A stretch of 63,971 nucleotides of DNA, the filler included, from Licmophora abbreviata (taxonomy: Eukaryota): the NCBI GenBank assembly GCA_900291995.1. It is 11 parts of 11 records of this genome, joined end to end, with 100 filler letters (N's around TTAATTAATTAA, not from the genome) between each part and the next. Parts side by side here need not be neighbours in the genome. Positions count along the whole stretch, not along the records: positions 37,535 to 42,367 come from OLMU01004480.1; positions 42,468 to 50,383 come from OLMU01004481.1; 9 more parts are not named here. One strand, 5' to 3'. Position numbers and translations under genes: made by a program. Position 1 is the stretch's first letter. Each line of letters opens with the position of its first letter. Under the pieces are notes generated by a model. That model was not told the origin of the DNA. It did not search any database and was given only the letters and a program-made list of their open reading frames with translations. Below, piece by piece: positions 37,435-48,429 of this stretch.

Positions 37435-37953
37435 NNNNNNNNNNNNNNNNNNNNNNNNNNNNNNNNNNNNNNNNNNNNTTAATTAATTAANNNNNNNNNN
37501 NNNNNNNNNNNNNNNNNNNNNNNNNNNNNNNNNNCGCAAGACTCTCGAAAGAACAACGAGGAGGCAACGGCGATACGGCAGTCTGCAGAGTGGGAGTCAA
37601 CGGAGACCAAAGACGAACTGTGTCCGCGGTCGAAATGTGATGACTTTTTGAAGCATCATGTACGCCGGCGCGTCGTCCTTACCTCCGGGTTTCTGTTTTC
37701 GCGATCCGCGAGCTCTGGCAAAAGCTTTTTTTTCGCAAGATTTCGTGGCTCGAAAACATGTAAGTACTGAGTTTGTGTAGGATTGTACGCGAGAAACCCC
37801 ATGAACAAAGTTTGATGCGCTACCACAATCGACGACCATGGGATCTCTGAGCACATAGTCTACAGCCCCGGGTGTGATTCTCGTGTCGTTAGTACTCTTT
37901 GCCTGTTCCCTTGACCGCAGTAGTCTACTTCCATCTAAAAAACTGCCTCGACC

Positions 37954-39340
37954 ATGCTAGGATCTACGTCTACGCATCGCCGCAAGTCCGTGGCACCGTC
38001 CAAAGGCGACCAATTGCAAAGCGACGCGGCTGCTCCACGATCGACTCTGGCGAATGCAACAACAACGACCGCTTCCTCTAGTGTTGTCTCCACCGCCCCC
38101 ACCATCATGCCTGTTGCTACGGTGAAGCGACACAAGTTTGGAACGGGACCCTTTGATGAGCGTTGGTTGAATTGGGACTGTTGTGGTCTAGTTTGTGCCA
38201 TAATTACCTATGGCCTGCACCTGTACGGAGTTTATGCCGTGTGCTGGTTGTTGCTTCCGCCGTGGATGAGCGAGACTGATGATGAGACCTCTCTAGAAGG
38301 ACAAGCAGCCGGTGCAGAAGCAGCCATGATTTACGCGACTGCTCCTCGTCATTTGAGCTTTTGGGGACACGTGCACTCCTTCCTCTTTACGACCATTGCA
38401 GTCTTGGCAGTCGTGTCACACTTCAAGGCCATGACGACAGATCCAGGGGCAGTCCCACCGGATGCCAAGCCAGTGGATATTGGAAGTGTCGAACAGGCGG
38501 AACATCAGCCGAAACGAAAATTGTGTCGTCGCTGCAATGCCTTCAAGCCACAACGAGCGCATCATTGCAGTGTCTGCCGTCGATGCATCATCAAGATGGA
38601 TCATCATTGGTGAGACAAGTGTACACGGTGTCTTATACTGCAGCATTATACCATTTTGGAGGTTGTAGGAGGGACATAGACGTGGTGTTACTTTCATACT
38701 TTCTGCACGAATCTCATATCACCGTTGTTTTTCTCTCTCTCTCTTGTTCAGTCCCTGGGTGAACAACTGTGTCGGCATTGGCAATCACAAGTACTTTCTG
38801 CTCTTTGTCTTTTACACATGTATATCCTGCCTCTACAGCATGGTACTGGTCGTGTCTCGCTTTGTCGTTTGCTTTCAGCGTGTGGGACACCGCCACCATC
38901 GCCACTCGCACAATATGCATTGCCTCGACGACCCAAAGCACCTCTTGAATGTTCTCGGCTTGGTCATTGAATCCCTCTTGTTTGGCATGTTTACTTCCTG
39001 CATGATGATTGATCAATGGGATGTCGTGTGGAGTAACGTCACTCACATTGATCGATTAAAGGGGGATAACGTACTATCGACTCAGAGCAGTGGTGTCTTG
39101 GAAGTCTTTGGTTCGTGCAAACGAGAAAAACCTCAAGCGCACTTTCGACCTGACTGGATGTCGCCGTTTGCGTCCGTGTGCTTTCCCTCGTCCATGGAGG
39201 ATTCGATTTTTGGTTATTGTCGACCGTGTGGACGAAGCTTGCAACAATATGAAGAAAACAGTAGTGCGGTGGAAATGGGCAATGGAAGCAGTGCTCCAGG
39301 CGGAGGGCGACTGGTACGGAGCGTGACGGAGATTGTATGA
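37954..39340 (+). CDS. DHHC palmitoyl acyltransferase (intron 38610-38751)
   Basis: TDPGAVP, CRRCNAFKPQRAHHCSVCRRCIIKMDHH|CPWVNNCVGIGNHKYFLLF. Confidence 0.95.
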
Positions 39341-39507
39341 CAAGGTCAATACTTGTTGCGGCGAAGCAACAAGATTGTGATGCCCACTAGCATACAGTAG
39401 TTCACAATGTACGATAATCGTGCTTATTGTTACGTCTTCTCATAGTAATAATAGTATCCATTTGATAGCGAGCGACGAGGCAGTGACTCTATACTTTTCG
39501 CCTCGGG

Positions 39508-40221
39508 TTACAGATCAATGGTGTAGAAACTCAAGACCTGTTTACTGTACGGTTCTTGGGAATCGAATGTCATGAACCTGTCAAAATGCGCCGTCTTTTT
39601 GTGAGCCTCAAAACCAGCCTTGCCCTGGTACTGCTCGTGAATGTAGAACGTGTTGGGAGTGTCCAGAGACTCGCCCCAGTCAAACTGAAGACAGAGCGGC
39701 TCTGCCTTGGAATTCCTTTGATGGCTTCCCATGAGCTCGACGAATTCATCCCGGAATTCTGGTTTGATGCAGGACTCTATATTCAAGCAAAAGGCTTCCC
39801 GTGGAGCAATCTTGAGAGGCGCATGGCTACACTGATACTTTTGAACCAACGGAGGTTCTGCGAGCGGCTCGACCGATGAAACGAACTCTACAAGCTCGGC
39901 AAAGTGAGGTGTCTCTTCATGATCATCCAAATCTTTTTTGCTCTTGTACTGCTCATGCAAATGAATCACGTTTGCATCGTCAACATCCTGCCCGATTAAA
40001 AACTGAAGGGCACCCGGTTCCGCGGACAACGTTTGCTCCTGATCCTGGCGGAGTTGCTTCCAAACTGCGGCTTTATGCTCTGGTTTGACGGTGACTTTGG
40101 CATTGAGAGCCACAGGGCCATTCGGAGACGACGACATCTGGAGAAAAGCGGATAGGGAAGAGACGGCCCCCAAGGTCACCAGGAAGAGGAGGGCTTGAAG
40201 GACTTTGCTTGTCGTCGTCAT
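39508..40221 (-). CDS. Tandem ABM/LsrG-like dimeric alpha-beta barrel protein with N-terminal signal
   Basis: Two repeats: AEPGALQF...HLHEQYKSKKDLDDHEETPHF and AEPLCLQF...YIHEQYQGKAGFEAHKKTAHF. Confidence 0.8.
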   Translation of the reverse strand: MTTTSKVLQALLFLVTLGAVSSLSAFLQMSSSPNGPVALNAKVTVKPEHKAAVWKQLRQDQEQTLSAEPGALQFLIGQDVDDANVIHLHEQYKSKKDLDDHEETPHFAELVEFVSSVEPLAEPPLVQKYQCSHAPLKIAPREAFCLNIESCIKPEFRDEFVELMGSHQRNSKAEPLCLQFDWGESLDTPNTFYIHEQYQGKAGFEAHKKTAHFDRFMTFDSQEPYSKQVLSFYTIDL

Positions 40222-40545
40222 CGTCTCATCCTTGTGATGAGTATCCGCTGCCGCCGGAAAACCGCGCTCTTGGAAGCGCGCTGTGGGCACACTCCAGGGA
40301 GTTCTTGCTCTTGCGAATTTCCACTCTACTGTGTACATACCTGGCACCACAAGGCAGATACAATCCTCGTTTCAAACGTAACTTACTAGATTGTCTTCTA
40401 TTTCGCCAGAGTGATTGGTAAGATCCGTCTATACAGTAGTTGTTGTTCATGCTATCTACTATTTTTTGAATAAAGATCTACCATGGCGGAACGATGCAAG
40501 ACTCCATTTATTTGTCGTCAGAGAGCTCGATCAGTCACAGCCTTG

Positions 40546-41340
40546 TTAGGGATGCCACACGGGGAAGGCTCCGGGGATAGCGTCCTCCGATACCCATCCA
40601 GCAATGGTGATCCTGGTGATAGAAGAGGTGAGCGACACAAGCAAGCAGTGAGAATGTGCGCACGATCTCCTAGAGTGTGGATCAGGGGCTTTCACGAGAC
40701 TAGTACAAACAGCAACGTACATGGCAAGGCGCCCGTTCTTGAGTTCCTTCTCACGAAGCTTCGTAAGCTCTTCGCTGGCCCATCCGCCATCACGCTTTGT
40801 GAAGCCGAGAGGATCGTACCCATAGTCACCCGGGATCTCGCGTCCATCAACCCATTGACGCTTGTAGGCGGTCGCTTCAAACATGGCAGCAGCAGCAATA
40901 ATCTGGGCCCATCCGGCCGAAGGCACCATCTGGATGGCGTCGAGCGGAGTTGAAGCAGCAGCGACATCAGAGAAGGTGATCCCTTGTGCCTCGGAAAGAT
41001 ACCAGGAAGACTCCGAAGCAGGGCTGAATACATTGGAACCGGTGGGACCCAAGTAGAGAGGAAAGTGGATACCGAAGCTCTGGATCAAATAGCCAATAGT
41101 AGCGATCATAGCGACGCGGCCATGCTTTATTTCGGAATTCTGGAACCACTTAATTCCAGCTGGGCCAGCATCTTCCAAGAGTTTCGCGCCAAGAGGAGGA
41201 CACTTGCCTTGCAGTTCGATCGTTGTTCCGAACTCCCCATCGAGGGAGCTGGCAGACAATGCCGTTGTCGACGACTTTTGTACTGACGGGGCGAAGCCAG
41301 AAGCGGCCGTGACAAGAGCGAAACAGGTGAGAATCTTCAT
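40546..41340 (-). CDS. Light-harvesting complex (fucoxanthin-chlorophyll) protein, divergent subfamily (intron 40613-40720)
   Basis: ASGFAP signal; WFQNSEIKHGRVAM, PGDYGYDPLG, EKELKNGRLAM. Confidence 0.92.
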   Translation of the reverse strand: MKILTCFALVTAASGFAPSVQKSSTTALSASSLDGEFGTTIELQGKCPPLGAKLLEDAGPAGIKWFQNSEIKHGRVAMIATIGYLIQSFGIHFPLYLGPTGSNVFSPASESSWYLSEAQGITFSDVAAASTPLDAIQMVPSAGWAQIIAAAAMFEATAYKRQWVDGREIPGDYGYDPLGFTKRDGGWASEELTKLREKELKNGRLAMYVAVCTSLVKAPDPHSRRSCAHSHCLLVSLTSSITRITIAGWVSEDAIPGAFPVWHP

Positions 41341-42133
41341 GGTTTCAGGAAAGGTGGGCTTGCAACCTAGATAACGATAATGTTGAGACAACTTGAAGCG
41401 AGGTCAAAAAGATACGCCGGGACGATGGAGTTTGGAATATCTGATGGAAACAGAAATGAAATACCCATTCGACTGATTCGACTGGACTTTGTGACTGACT
41501 CGACTCATTCATCCAAGACCAGCCAAAAATTTCGAGTCGACGGGTCACGACCGATAATATCATAGTATCCAGACATAAATATAATATATAATATATCTGA
41601 GTCATGCTTTGTCAATCAATTTGATCGTTGCAACATGACCACCATGATGAGGAGCGGCAGTCACAATTTCTCGTTGAATTGTTGATTTGAATCTTATAGG
41701 TCAAACAGCTTCATCTTTTCTACTTGATATTATGGCATCGTCATTGCTACCGTGGTTTTGCAGAGGATGATGAACTGCTCACCCTAATCCCACGTGAAGC
41801 CACATTCCCCAAAATGTACCCGGATGTATGCTCTCGAAAAATTTGTCGATGACTTTATATCAATTTATATTTAGCGATAAATACAGATCAATACATAAAT
41901 GAGACATACAGTACTGAAATACTGTTCACTATCGGAGGAGCACCTTTGCTCTTTGACTTACATGTATGAAATCCAAGAGTGATATAGTACTACGCGCAAG
42001 CCGGCATTTGAATTGAAACATCGCAGTCACAAACTCACAAGAGTCACGCAACGTGTCCTCATCATCGTGAACCTGGCAAAAGGCAGAATAATCTTCTCCA
42101 CCTTCACCACATACTTGGAAACTGATATTGACG

Positions 42134-43066
42134 ATGAGGCTTGTTGTCTTGTTTGTGAAAACGCTGCTGGCTACATGGCTGATCGTGACGGCGGTCAGCG
42201 ACTCTCGTTCCTGGTGCTGTAGCTGTGCGCTTGAGTCGCGAGCGGTGCTAACTCGGCGACCTGCGCGCGAAGGGACAAAGACTCGTGGCCTGCAGGGAGG
42301 CGAGAGAAAATTAGGGAAGAAAGATAGCGAAGGGGGGGAAGAAAGAGAGTAAAGAAAGTAAGAAAGANNNNNNNNNNNNNNNNNNNNNNNNNNNNNNNNN
42401 NNNNNNNNNNNTTAATTAATTAANNNNNNNNNNNNNNNNNNNNNNNNNNNNNNNNNNNNNNNNNNNNGAACACAGGCTCCAACACTGACCGATGCTACAC
42501 TTGAGCCCAGCATCGAAGGCACGCCCTTTCCGACCGAGTTGGTCGACGAGCAGCCTTTTGCATCACCAGTGTCTCACCCATCGACGGTACCAAGTGCGCA
42601 GCCTACATTGAATCCTGTCGATGAAGTGACCCCAACACAGGCTCCGACACTGACCGATCCTACACTTGAGCCCAGCATCGAAGGCACGCCCTTTCCGACC
42701 GAGTTGGTCGACGAGCAGCCTTTCGCACCACCAGTGTCTCACCCATCAACTGTGCCAAGTGTGCATCCTTCCCTGAGTTTGGAACCAACACAGGCTCCGA
42801 CACTGACTGGTGATACACTTGAACCCAGCACTGAGGGCACGCCCTTTCCAACGGAGTTTGATGACGGGAAACCTTTCGCGGAACCTGTTGCTCACCCATC
42901 TACTGTGCCAAGTGTACAACCTTCCCTGAGTCTGAAACCAACGCGGGTTCCGACAATGACGGGTGATACGCTCGAGCCCAGCAGCGAAGGCACACCCTTT
43001 CCGACGGAGTTTGATGACGAGAAACCTACTGTACCCACTGGATTGCCGACTTCTCCATCGAGTTAG
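42134..43066 (+). CDS. Secreted protein with Lys-rich N-terminus and Pro/Thr/Ser tandem repeats (split by spacer, apparent frameshift)
   Basis: Signal-like MRLVVLFVKTLLATWLIVTAVS; RGL and RKL motifs; repeat-rich ORF after the spacer ends at TAG 43066. Joining the two parts is inference. Confidence 0.6.
42469..43025 (+). repeat. Coding tandem repeat, about 3.6 units of 153-165 nt
   Basis: Units start at 42469, 42634, 42787 and 42940 (TQAPTLTDxTLEPSxEGTPFPTE...HPSTVPS). Confidence 0.9.
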
Positions 43067-43662
43067 GATCCATTAAAACGTGAAGATGAGAAGTTACTTG
43101 GAGGACGCTATAGTCTTAACAAGTCGATGACAGAGTTTGATCCTTTCTGGACTGAAAGTTTTAGTGAACCGTGCCGTGCGATTGTCGAGTCCGTCAGTTT
43201 TGAAATATATACTTCAATAAGAATACGTTGTGCTACAAAATCATTGGTTATCAAGTAAGTCGCGCGAACAAGATGGTACTCTTTGTTTGAATTTGTAGAA
43301 GCAATGCTATTTACCCTGAGCATCACCGTAGAGCGACGTGCTATCATCTCGGCATCGCGGCTTGGTGTTGGATGCCGGTATGGTCCATGGCACAGTTAGA
43401 GCTTGTCAACCCGGTGAATGCGCGAAAAAGTTGTAAGAGAGGAGTACGACCGACGGACAGATCACGAAAGATTTGCGCGCCAAAACTGCAAGATACGATG
43501 CGGAAGTTTTTCGCGCGCAAACTGAAAACTTCCGAACGGCAGTCGGCATCACAAACCGGCATCTCACTTGACGCTCTCTTTGTATAGCCGTAGTACTGCG
43601 ATCAAAGGTCTTCACATTGCACATCGCTCAATAACAAGCAATCACTTCAGCCTATTGACCGC

Positions 43663-45114
43663 ATGTTGAGTTTCCTTAGCCCTAGCAAGCAAGAGCCTTC
43701 CATCATGCCTACCGAGTCCACCCCGCTAGTGATCGATGCCGCCTCTGATCTGACAACGAATTTCGCGTTGGCCAACAGCAAGATGCTCACCAAGCTATTG
43801 GGGACCACCCAGGCTGCCCTTATTATACTCTTCTTGATTGGTACTACATACGACAGCCAAGACTACTTGCCGAGCGAATATGTTATCTTCCGGTATGTTT
43901 TTTGACCAAGAGGATCGTCGACGCATATCGTTCTTACAGTAGTCAGAAGATAAGCCTAACACTAAGTATATTTTTGTCCTCTTTGTGACAGAGACATCAT
44001 GGTGATGCTCCTCCTCGGTTTCGGTTTCCTCATGACGTTTCTGGCCAAGTACGGGCTCGGCGCCGTTGGCCTCACTATGATGCTCACTGCCATTGCTGTC
44101 CAGCTCAATGTCTTCGTTGAGCTATTCTGTCGCTTTCTCTACGGAGACGGCGGATCGGATGAAACGATCTTCCCTCTCCCTCTGAAGGTCCCAACTTTCA
44201 TCGATGGCGAGTTTAGCGCCGCGACGCTTCTCATTTCTTATGGCGCTATTATTGGACGTGCCTCACCAGTCCAGCTTGTCGTCATGGCCCTTTGCCAGTC
44301 TTTCTTTTACGCCTTTAACAAGGTTGTTATCGTCCTAGGCTTCTGGGCCGCCGAGGACGTGGGCGGATCTCTCACGATACACATGTTCGGTGCATTGTTC
44401 GGCTTGGCTGTGTCTTACGTTCTAGGTAGTCCCAAGGCGACATCGGCTTCCAGTTCGGAGCCAAGCCAAGTGTCGGATGTTCTAGCCATGATTGGGACAA
44501 CGCTACTTTGGGTCTACTGGCCGAGCTTTGTCGGCGCAACGGAAACTGGCGTTCCCCTCAACGAGAATGTGTGTGTCATGCACACCGTCTTGGCCCTGCT
44601 TGGTAGCACAGGGGCTTCGTTTTACATGAGTCAGAAACTCTGTCACGGCAAGTTTGACCCTGTTCACATTGCCAACTCGACTCTGGCCGGTGGCGTCGCG
44701 GTTGGCTCATCCGCTCGTCTGGCCATGACCCCTGGTGGCGCACTGCTACTTGGAGTGCTAGCAGGTGTGGTTTCTGTCTACGGATATGTTTACTCGACAC
44801 CCATGTTGGAAAAGGAACTTGGTCTGTTCGACACTTGTGGTGTCGGCAACTTGCATGGTTGGCCGAGTCTTCTTGGTGGTCTGGCAAGTATTGTCTTTGT
44901 AGCTTTGGACTCCGACGCCGAGTTCTTGGCGTACAGCGGTTTTGCGCAGTGCATCCGACAGTTCTTCGCTGTGGTGTGCACCCTTGCATTTGCTATTGCA
45001 ACCGGATATTTTACTGGAAAAGTCATGAAGATGGCCGACGGAGAAGCGCCTGACCAGTACGATGACGGAGTTTGGTGGGAAGGAGAGTACTTTGAAGAGG
45101 ATGAAGAAAAGTAG
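43663..45114 (+). CDS. Rh-type ammonium transporter (intron 43893-43991)
   Basis: FRDIMVMLLLGFGFLMTFL, LISYGAIIGR, DVGGSLTIHMFGALFGL, LWVYWPSF, HIANSTLAGGVAVG, DTCGVGNLHGWP. Confidence 0.95.
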
Positions 45115-45374
45115 TCATGAGGCTTTGTTTGTATGTTCAACGAGAAGAAGATGCACGGTTTAGGAGCATAAAGCGTTTGATGATTTTTGTTACACGCTCA
45201 TTCTTCTACTCGATTCTGTGTTTTAATATGTCGGAAGCGCTCGAACTGTTTCACCCCATGCTATCGCCGAACAGAAAACCTCAATATTTGTGCTTACACA
45301 TGCCTACAGTTGGCGTACTCTGTACGATATATCAGCAACGCGTTGAGATGTTGACACCTCTACAAAGTTCACTA

Positions 45375-46514
45375 CTACTCTGACTTTTTGAGTGCTTCGG
45401 CAGTTTCGATAACTAGTCGTCTATGGAGAAGTGGTCGCATGAGGGCTGCAAAGATGTGACCTCCTGGAAGCCAAGTCACTTTCACAGCCTCCGAATTTCC
45501 CGCGACTCCCTCGAGTTGCTTGACAAAGCCCTCCGCATATTGCCGACGAATGAAATGATCATGGATCATGCCCATGACTCGTACCGCTCCAAGGCTCTTC
45601 GGGGATTTGCCTTGTCGCGTCAGTGGCTCCGTCAAGGTGTCCAATTGCGTCTGGTTGAGTTCGTCGTACAATGTTTTCTGAGGTGTTCCGTACCTCTGTT
45701 GCTTTGCCGCAAGTGCCTCCCAATCAATATTGCCCTGCAGCACGCCATCTGCCAGTAGAACTGGCGATGCACAGCCAACATACGGTGCACAGGCCAGTCG
45801 CTTGCCGTTGCTGCCGCTGGATGCTAACAACGCCAAGGCCGACGTACACGCACTCATTGCTGCGCCCCACGAAAAGCCCGTGACGACTACCTTTGTCGAC
45901 GAACTCTTGCTTAGCAGATAGTGTGCCAGCATGGCCGTTTCATGGATGATAGCTTGACTCTGCAATAGCAAGTCACTTACGGTGCTTATACAAAAAAGTT
46001 TCTGCTGGGCAGGCTTCCGAGCTCCATAGAATGGCGCCGTGACAATCACGCTTGAGTACCCACGGGTGTTGGCCAGCGTTCGTGCCATGGCAAGCCGCGT
46101 CGACTTGCCCATTTCCCCCGTAGCCGGAAGCATGATGACATAGATATCGTCCTTGTGCTGCTGTTTCGCAATTTCTCGAGGTTTCACCACAATGATGCGG
46201 CACGAGCGCGACTCCTTGGGCAGGAGATACGCCAGAGGACTCGTGAATCGGCCGCGTTGAATGGTAATGCTGGACTCTTGAACTGCCTCTTCCCACTCGA
46301 TGTCCTTGTCGGCAAGTTTCAGTGCACTGCTTCCATTGTTTTCAAGATCCCTGAGAAGCTTGTTTTGCGCAGCATACACTGGCTCCAGACTGCCCCATCC
46401 TCGTGAAAAGAATTTGGGACGACCTTTGCCCAAAATGGCATTAAGAAGGACGAATGAGTAGTCAATGCCCCCCAGAATCCAGCTAAGCGGCCGTAGAAAC
46501 CAGAGTAAAGCCAT
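45375..46514 (-). CDS. ABHD18/DUF2048-like alpha/beta hydrolase
   Basis: PKFFSRGWG, GRFTSPL, PATGE, PFYGARKP, nucleophile GFSWG, C-terminal GGH. Confidence 0.8.
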   Translation of the reverse strand: MALLWFLRPLSWILGGIDYSFVLLNAILGKGRPKFFSRGWGSLEPVYAAQNKLLRDLENNGSSALKLADKDIEWEEAVQESSITIQRGRFTSPLAYLLPKESRSCRIIVVKPREIAKQQHKDDIYVIMLPATGEMGKSTRLAMARTLANTRGYSSVIVTAPFYGARKPAQQKLFCISTVSDLLLQSQAIIHETAMLAHYLLSKSSSTKVVVTGFSWGAAMSACTSALALLASSGSNGKRLACAPYVGCASPVLLADGVLQGNIDWEALAAKQQRYGTPQKTLYDELNQTQLDTLTEPLTRQGKSPKSLGAVRVMGMIHDHFIRRQYAEGFVKQLEGVAGNSEAVKVTWLPGGHIFAALMRPLLHRRLVIETAEALKKSE

Positions 46515-47055
46515 GATGGAAAACGAAGACGCAGTACCACCGAGGAGGTTGGTGCCAGTATTGTAGGATACCGTTAGTATGATTTATGTGAGTGTTCCAG
46601 AAGGTTCCAAACAAGCACCTCGAACGAGTTCTCAGGAACAGTCCGAAACGAACTACAGGTTTGGTACCTGTACGCGCGTCTCACGGCGAATCTCAATCGA
46701 TTCTATTGAAAATCATATGCTGAATAATTTGGCTTTGCTGGTGTCGTTGAGAGTTGCAAGAGGAGCAAAAGCGGCCCTTTCGAAGAAACGAAAATGATCA
46801 CCATGGTTTCACTCGAGAATTACCGCAGGTGGAGAGCGTGAAGCGCGAAGGAGACCGACGGTTGGCACGAGTCACGAATGATGTCACACACATGAGTCAA
46901 CTCAAACGATGCGAACTCCGAAAAGCAGAAGCGACGTTTCTTTTTGATCTCACAAAAACGGTGTAGGATTTTGGTGCAGACACATCATTCATGTTACCAT
47001 CACACTTCTTGAGACCGCACCTTCATTGACTTCTTCATCACCTTTTGCTTTCACC

Positions 47056-48087
47056 ATGGATGGCTTGCCGCATGGCACATCGCTGACTCGCAAGGAGCTT
47101 CAGTGGTACCTCAAGAACTGGAAACTCCAAGCCAATGGAAAAACGGAAGAGATGCGAGACGTCTACGAGTGGGTACGCGGCACCGGCTACACCCCCGATG
47201 GCGACGACCGTTCCCCGCCGATGGGACATCCTCCTACCCTGACTGACTCGAAGTCAGCTATGACATCGACTCTCAAAAAGAAGAAGAAGAACCCCAAGCC
47301 CGTGAAGGAAAAGCGTTTGAAGAAGTACCGTAGCTCGTGTTCGGCAGCCACTCGCCAACGCATTGAGCGCGCCCTCTCTCAGCGACTCTATCTGGTTCAA
47401 CGCGGAAGCGTGTCCAACGATAACGAGTGCGAGTTTGTCATTCTGGGATCGACCGGAAACGTCTACACTGTCTACATTGGGCGCTTGCCTTCATGTTCGT
47501 GTCCCGACAGTGCCAAAGGTCATCACTGTAAGCACATTCTGTTTGTTCTCCTGAAAGTCATGGCGATCGATCCGAACTCGCCTTGTATCTATCAGGCGGC
47601 GCTCCTTACTACAGAACTCGAAGATATGTTCACCAGCATGCATGAACGTCGCGTCGGAGGAGTCATGGCCAACGATCAAGTCCAACGGGCCTACGCCAGC
47701 CTTCAAAGTGGACAAGGAGTGCCGGCTTCGAAAAGCAGCAAAGCCAAGCGCAAGGCTCTAGACGACGACAACTGCGACTGTCCCGTTTGCTTTGATGAGA
47801 TGACTTCCAGTTGCAAGCTCACGTACTGCCGTGCCATGTGCGGCACGAACTTTCATGCCAGGTGCATTCGCCTCTGGTGTCAGCAGTATCATGGCAATGC
47901 CACTTGTCCCACCTGCCGTGTGCCGTGGCAAGACAAGAAAAAGAGTGGCCACGGTAGCATCAAGCATCAAGCAGAAGGATACACCAACCTGGGACGCATG
48001 CAGGGACAGTCGCCGATTCGAGACACGAGTACCTACTCGTCGTGGTATGGTTCGCCGTATGCCAATCGTGGTAGCCATTGGCAGTAG
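47056..48087 (+). CDS. SWIM zinc finger + RING finger protein with possible N-terminal SAP motif
   Basis: GSTGNVYTV...SCSCPD...CKHILFVL (SWIM); CPVCFDEM...CRAMCGTNFHARC...CPTCR (RING). Confidence 0.9.
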   Translation: MDGLPHGTSLTRKELQWYLKNWKLQANGKTEEMRDVYEWVRGTGYTPDGDDRSPPMGHPPTLTDSKSAMTSTLKKKKKNPKPVKEKRLKKYRSSCSAATRQRIERALSQRLYLVQRGSVSNDNECEFVILGSTGNVYTVYIGRLPSCSCPDSAKGHHCKHILFVLLKVMAIDPNSPCIYQAALLTTELEDMFTSMHERRVGGVMANDQVQRAYASLQSGQGVPASKSSKAKRKALDDDNCDCPVCFDEMTSSCKLTYCRAMCGTNFHARCIRLWCQQYHGNATCPTCRVPWQDKKKSGHGSIKHQAEGYTNLGRMQGQSPIRDTSTYSSWYGSPYANRGSHWQ

Positions 48088-48429
48088 AAGTAGAGCAAAG
48101 AGGTGTGAGTGTTTCATAGTCGTCAGTAGCGAGAGTCAAGTCAGAAGTAAATTCATAAAAGATAAGTTAATTTGTAACCCGGAGGTATAGATCTTTCTTG
48201 CGCGCGGGAAAGTGACACTGCTGAGTTCGCTGCCATCAGTTTTCGTTGCATCCGTCTGAGAGGAGAGAGGCAGTGAGTGTTGCAGTCGATGACAGAAGCT
48301 GACGTTCAGCCACCGTCGCATCGTAGTTCCTCTCCTACATACATACGCAGAAGCTCTCACCCTCGCTCTGTCGCCCAGTCAAACCGGAGAGAGCGACTCC
48401 ATATCACCATCCGTAACCAGGCAATCAGA

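Noticed and set aside
42469..43025. Tandem repeat read as a non-coding array
   Set aside because: Unit lengths are multiples of three and the frame stays open, so it is a coding repeat.
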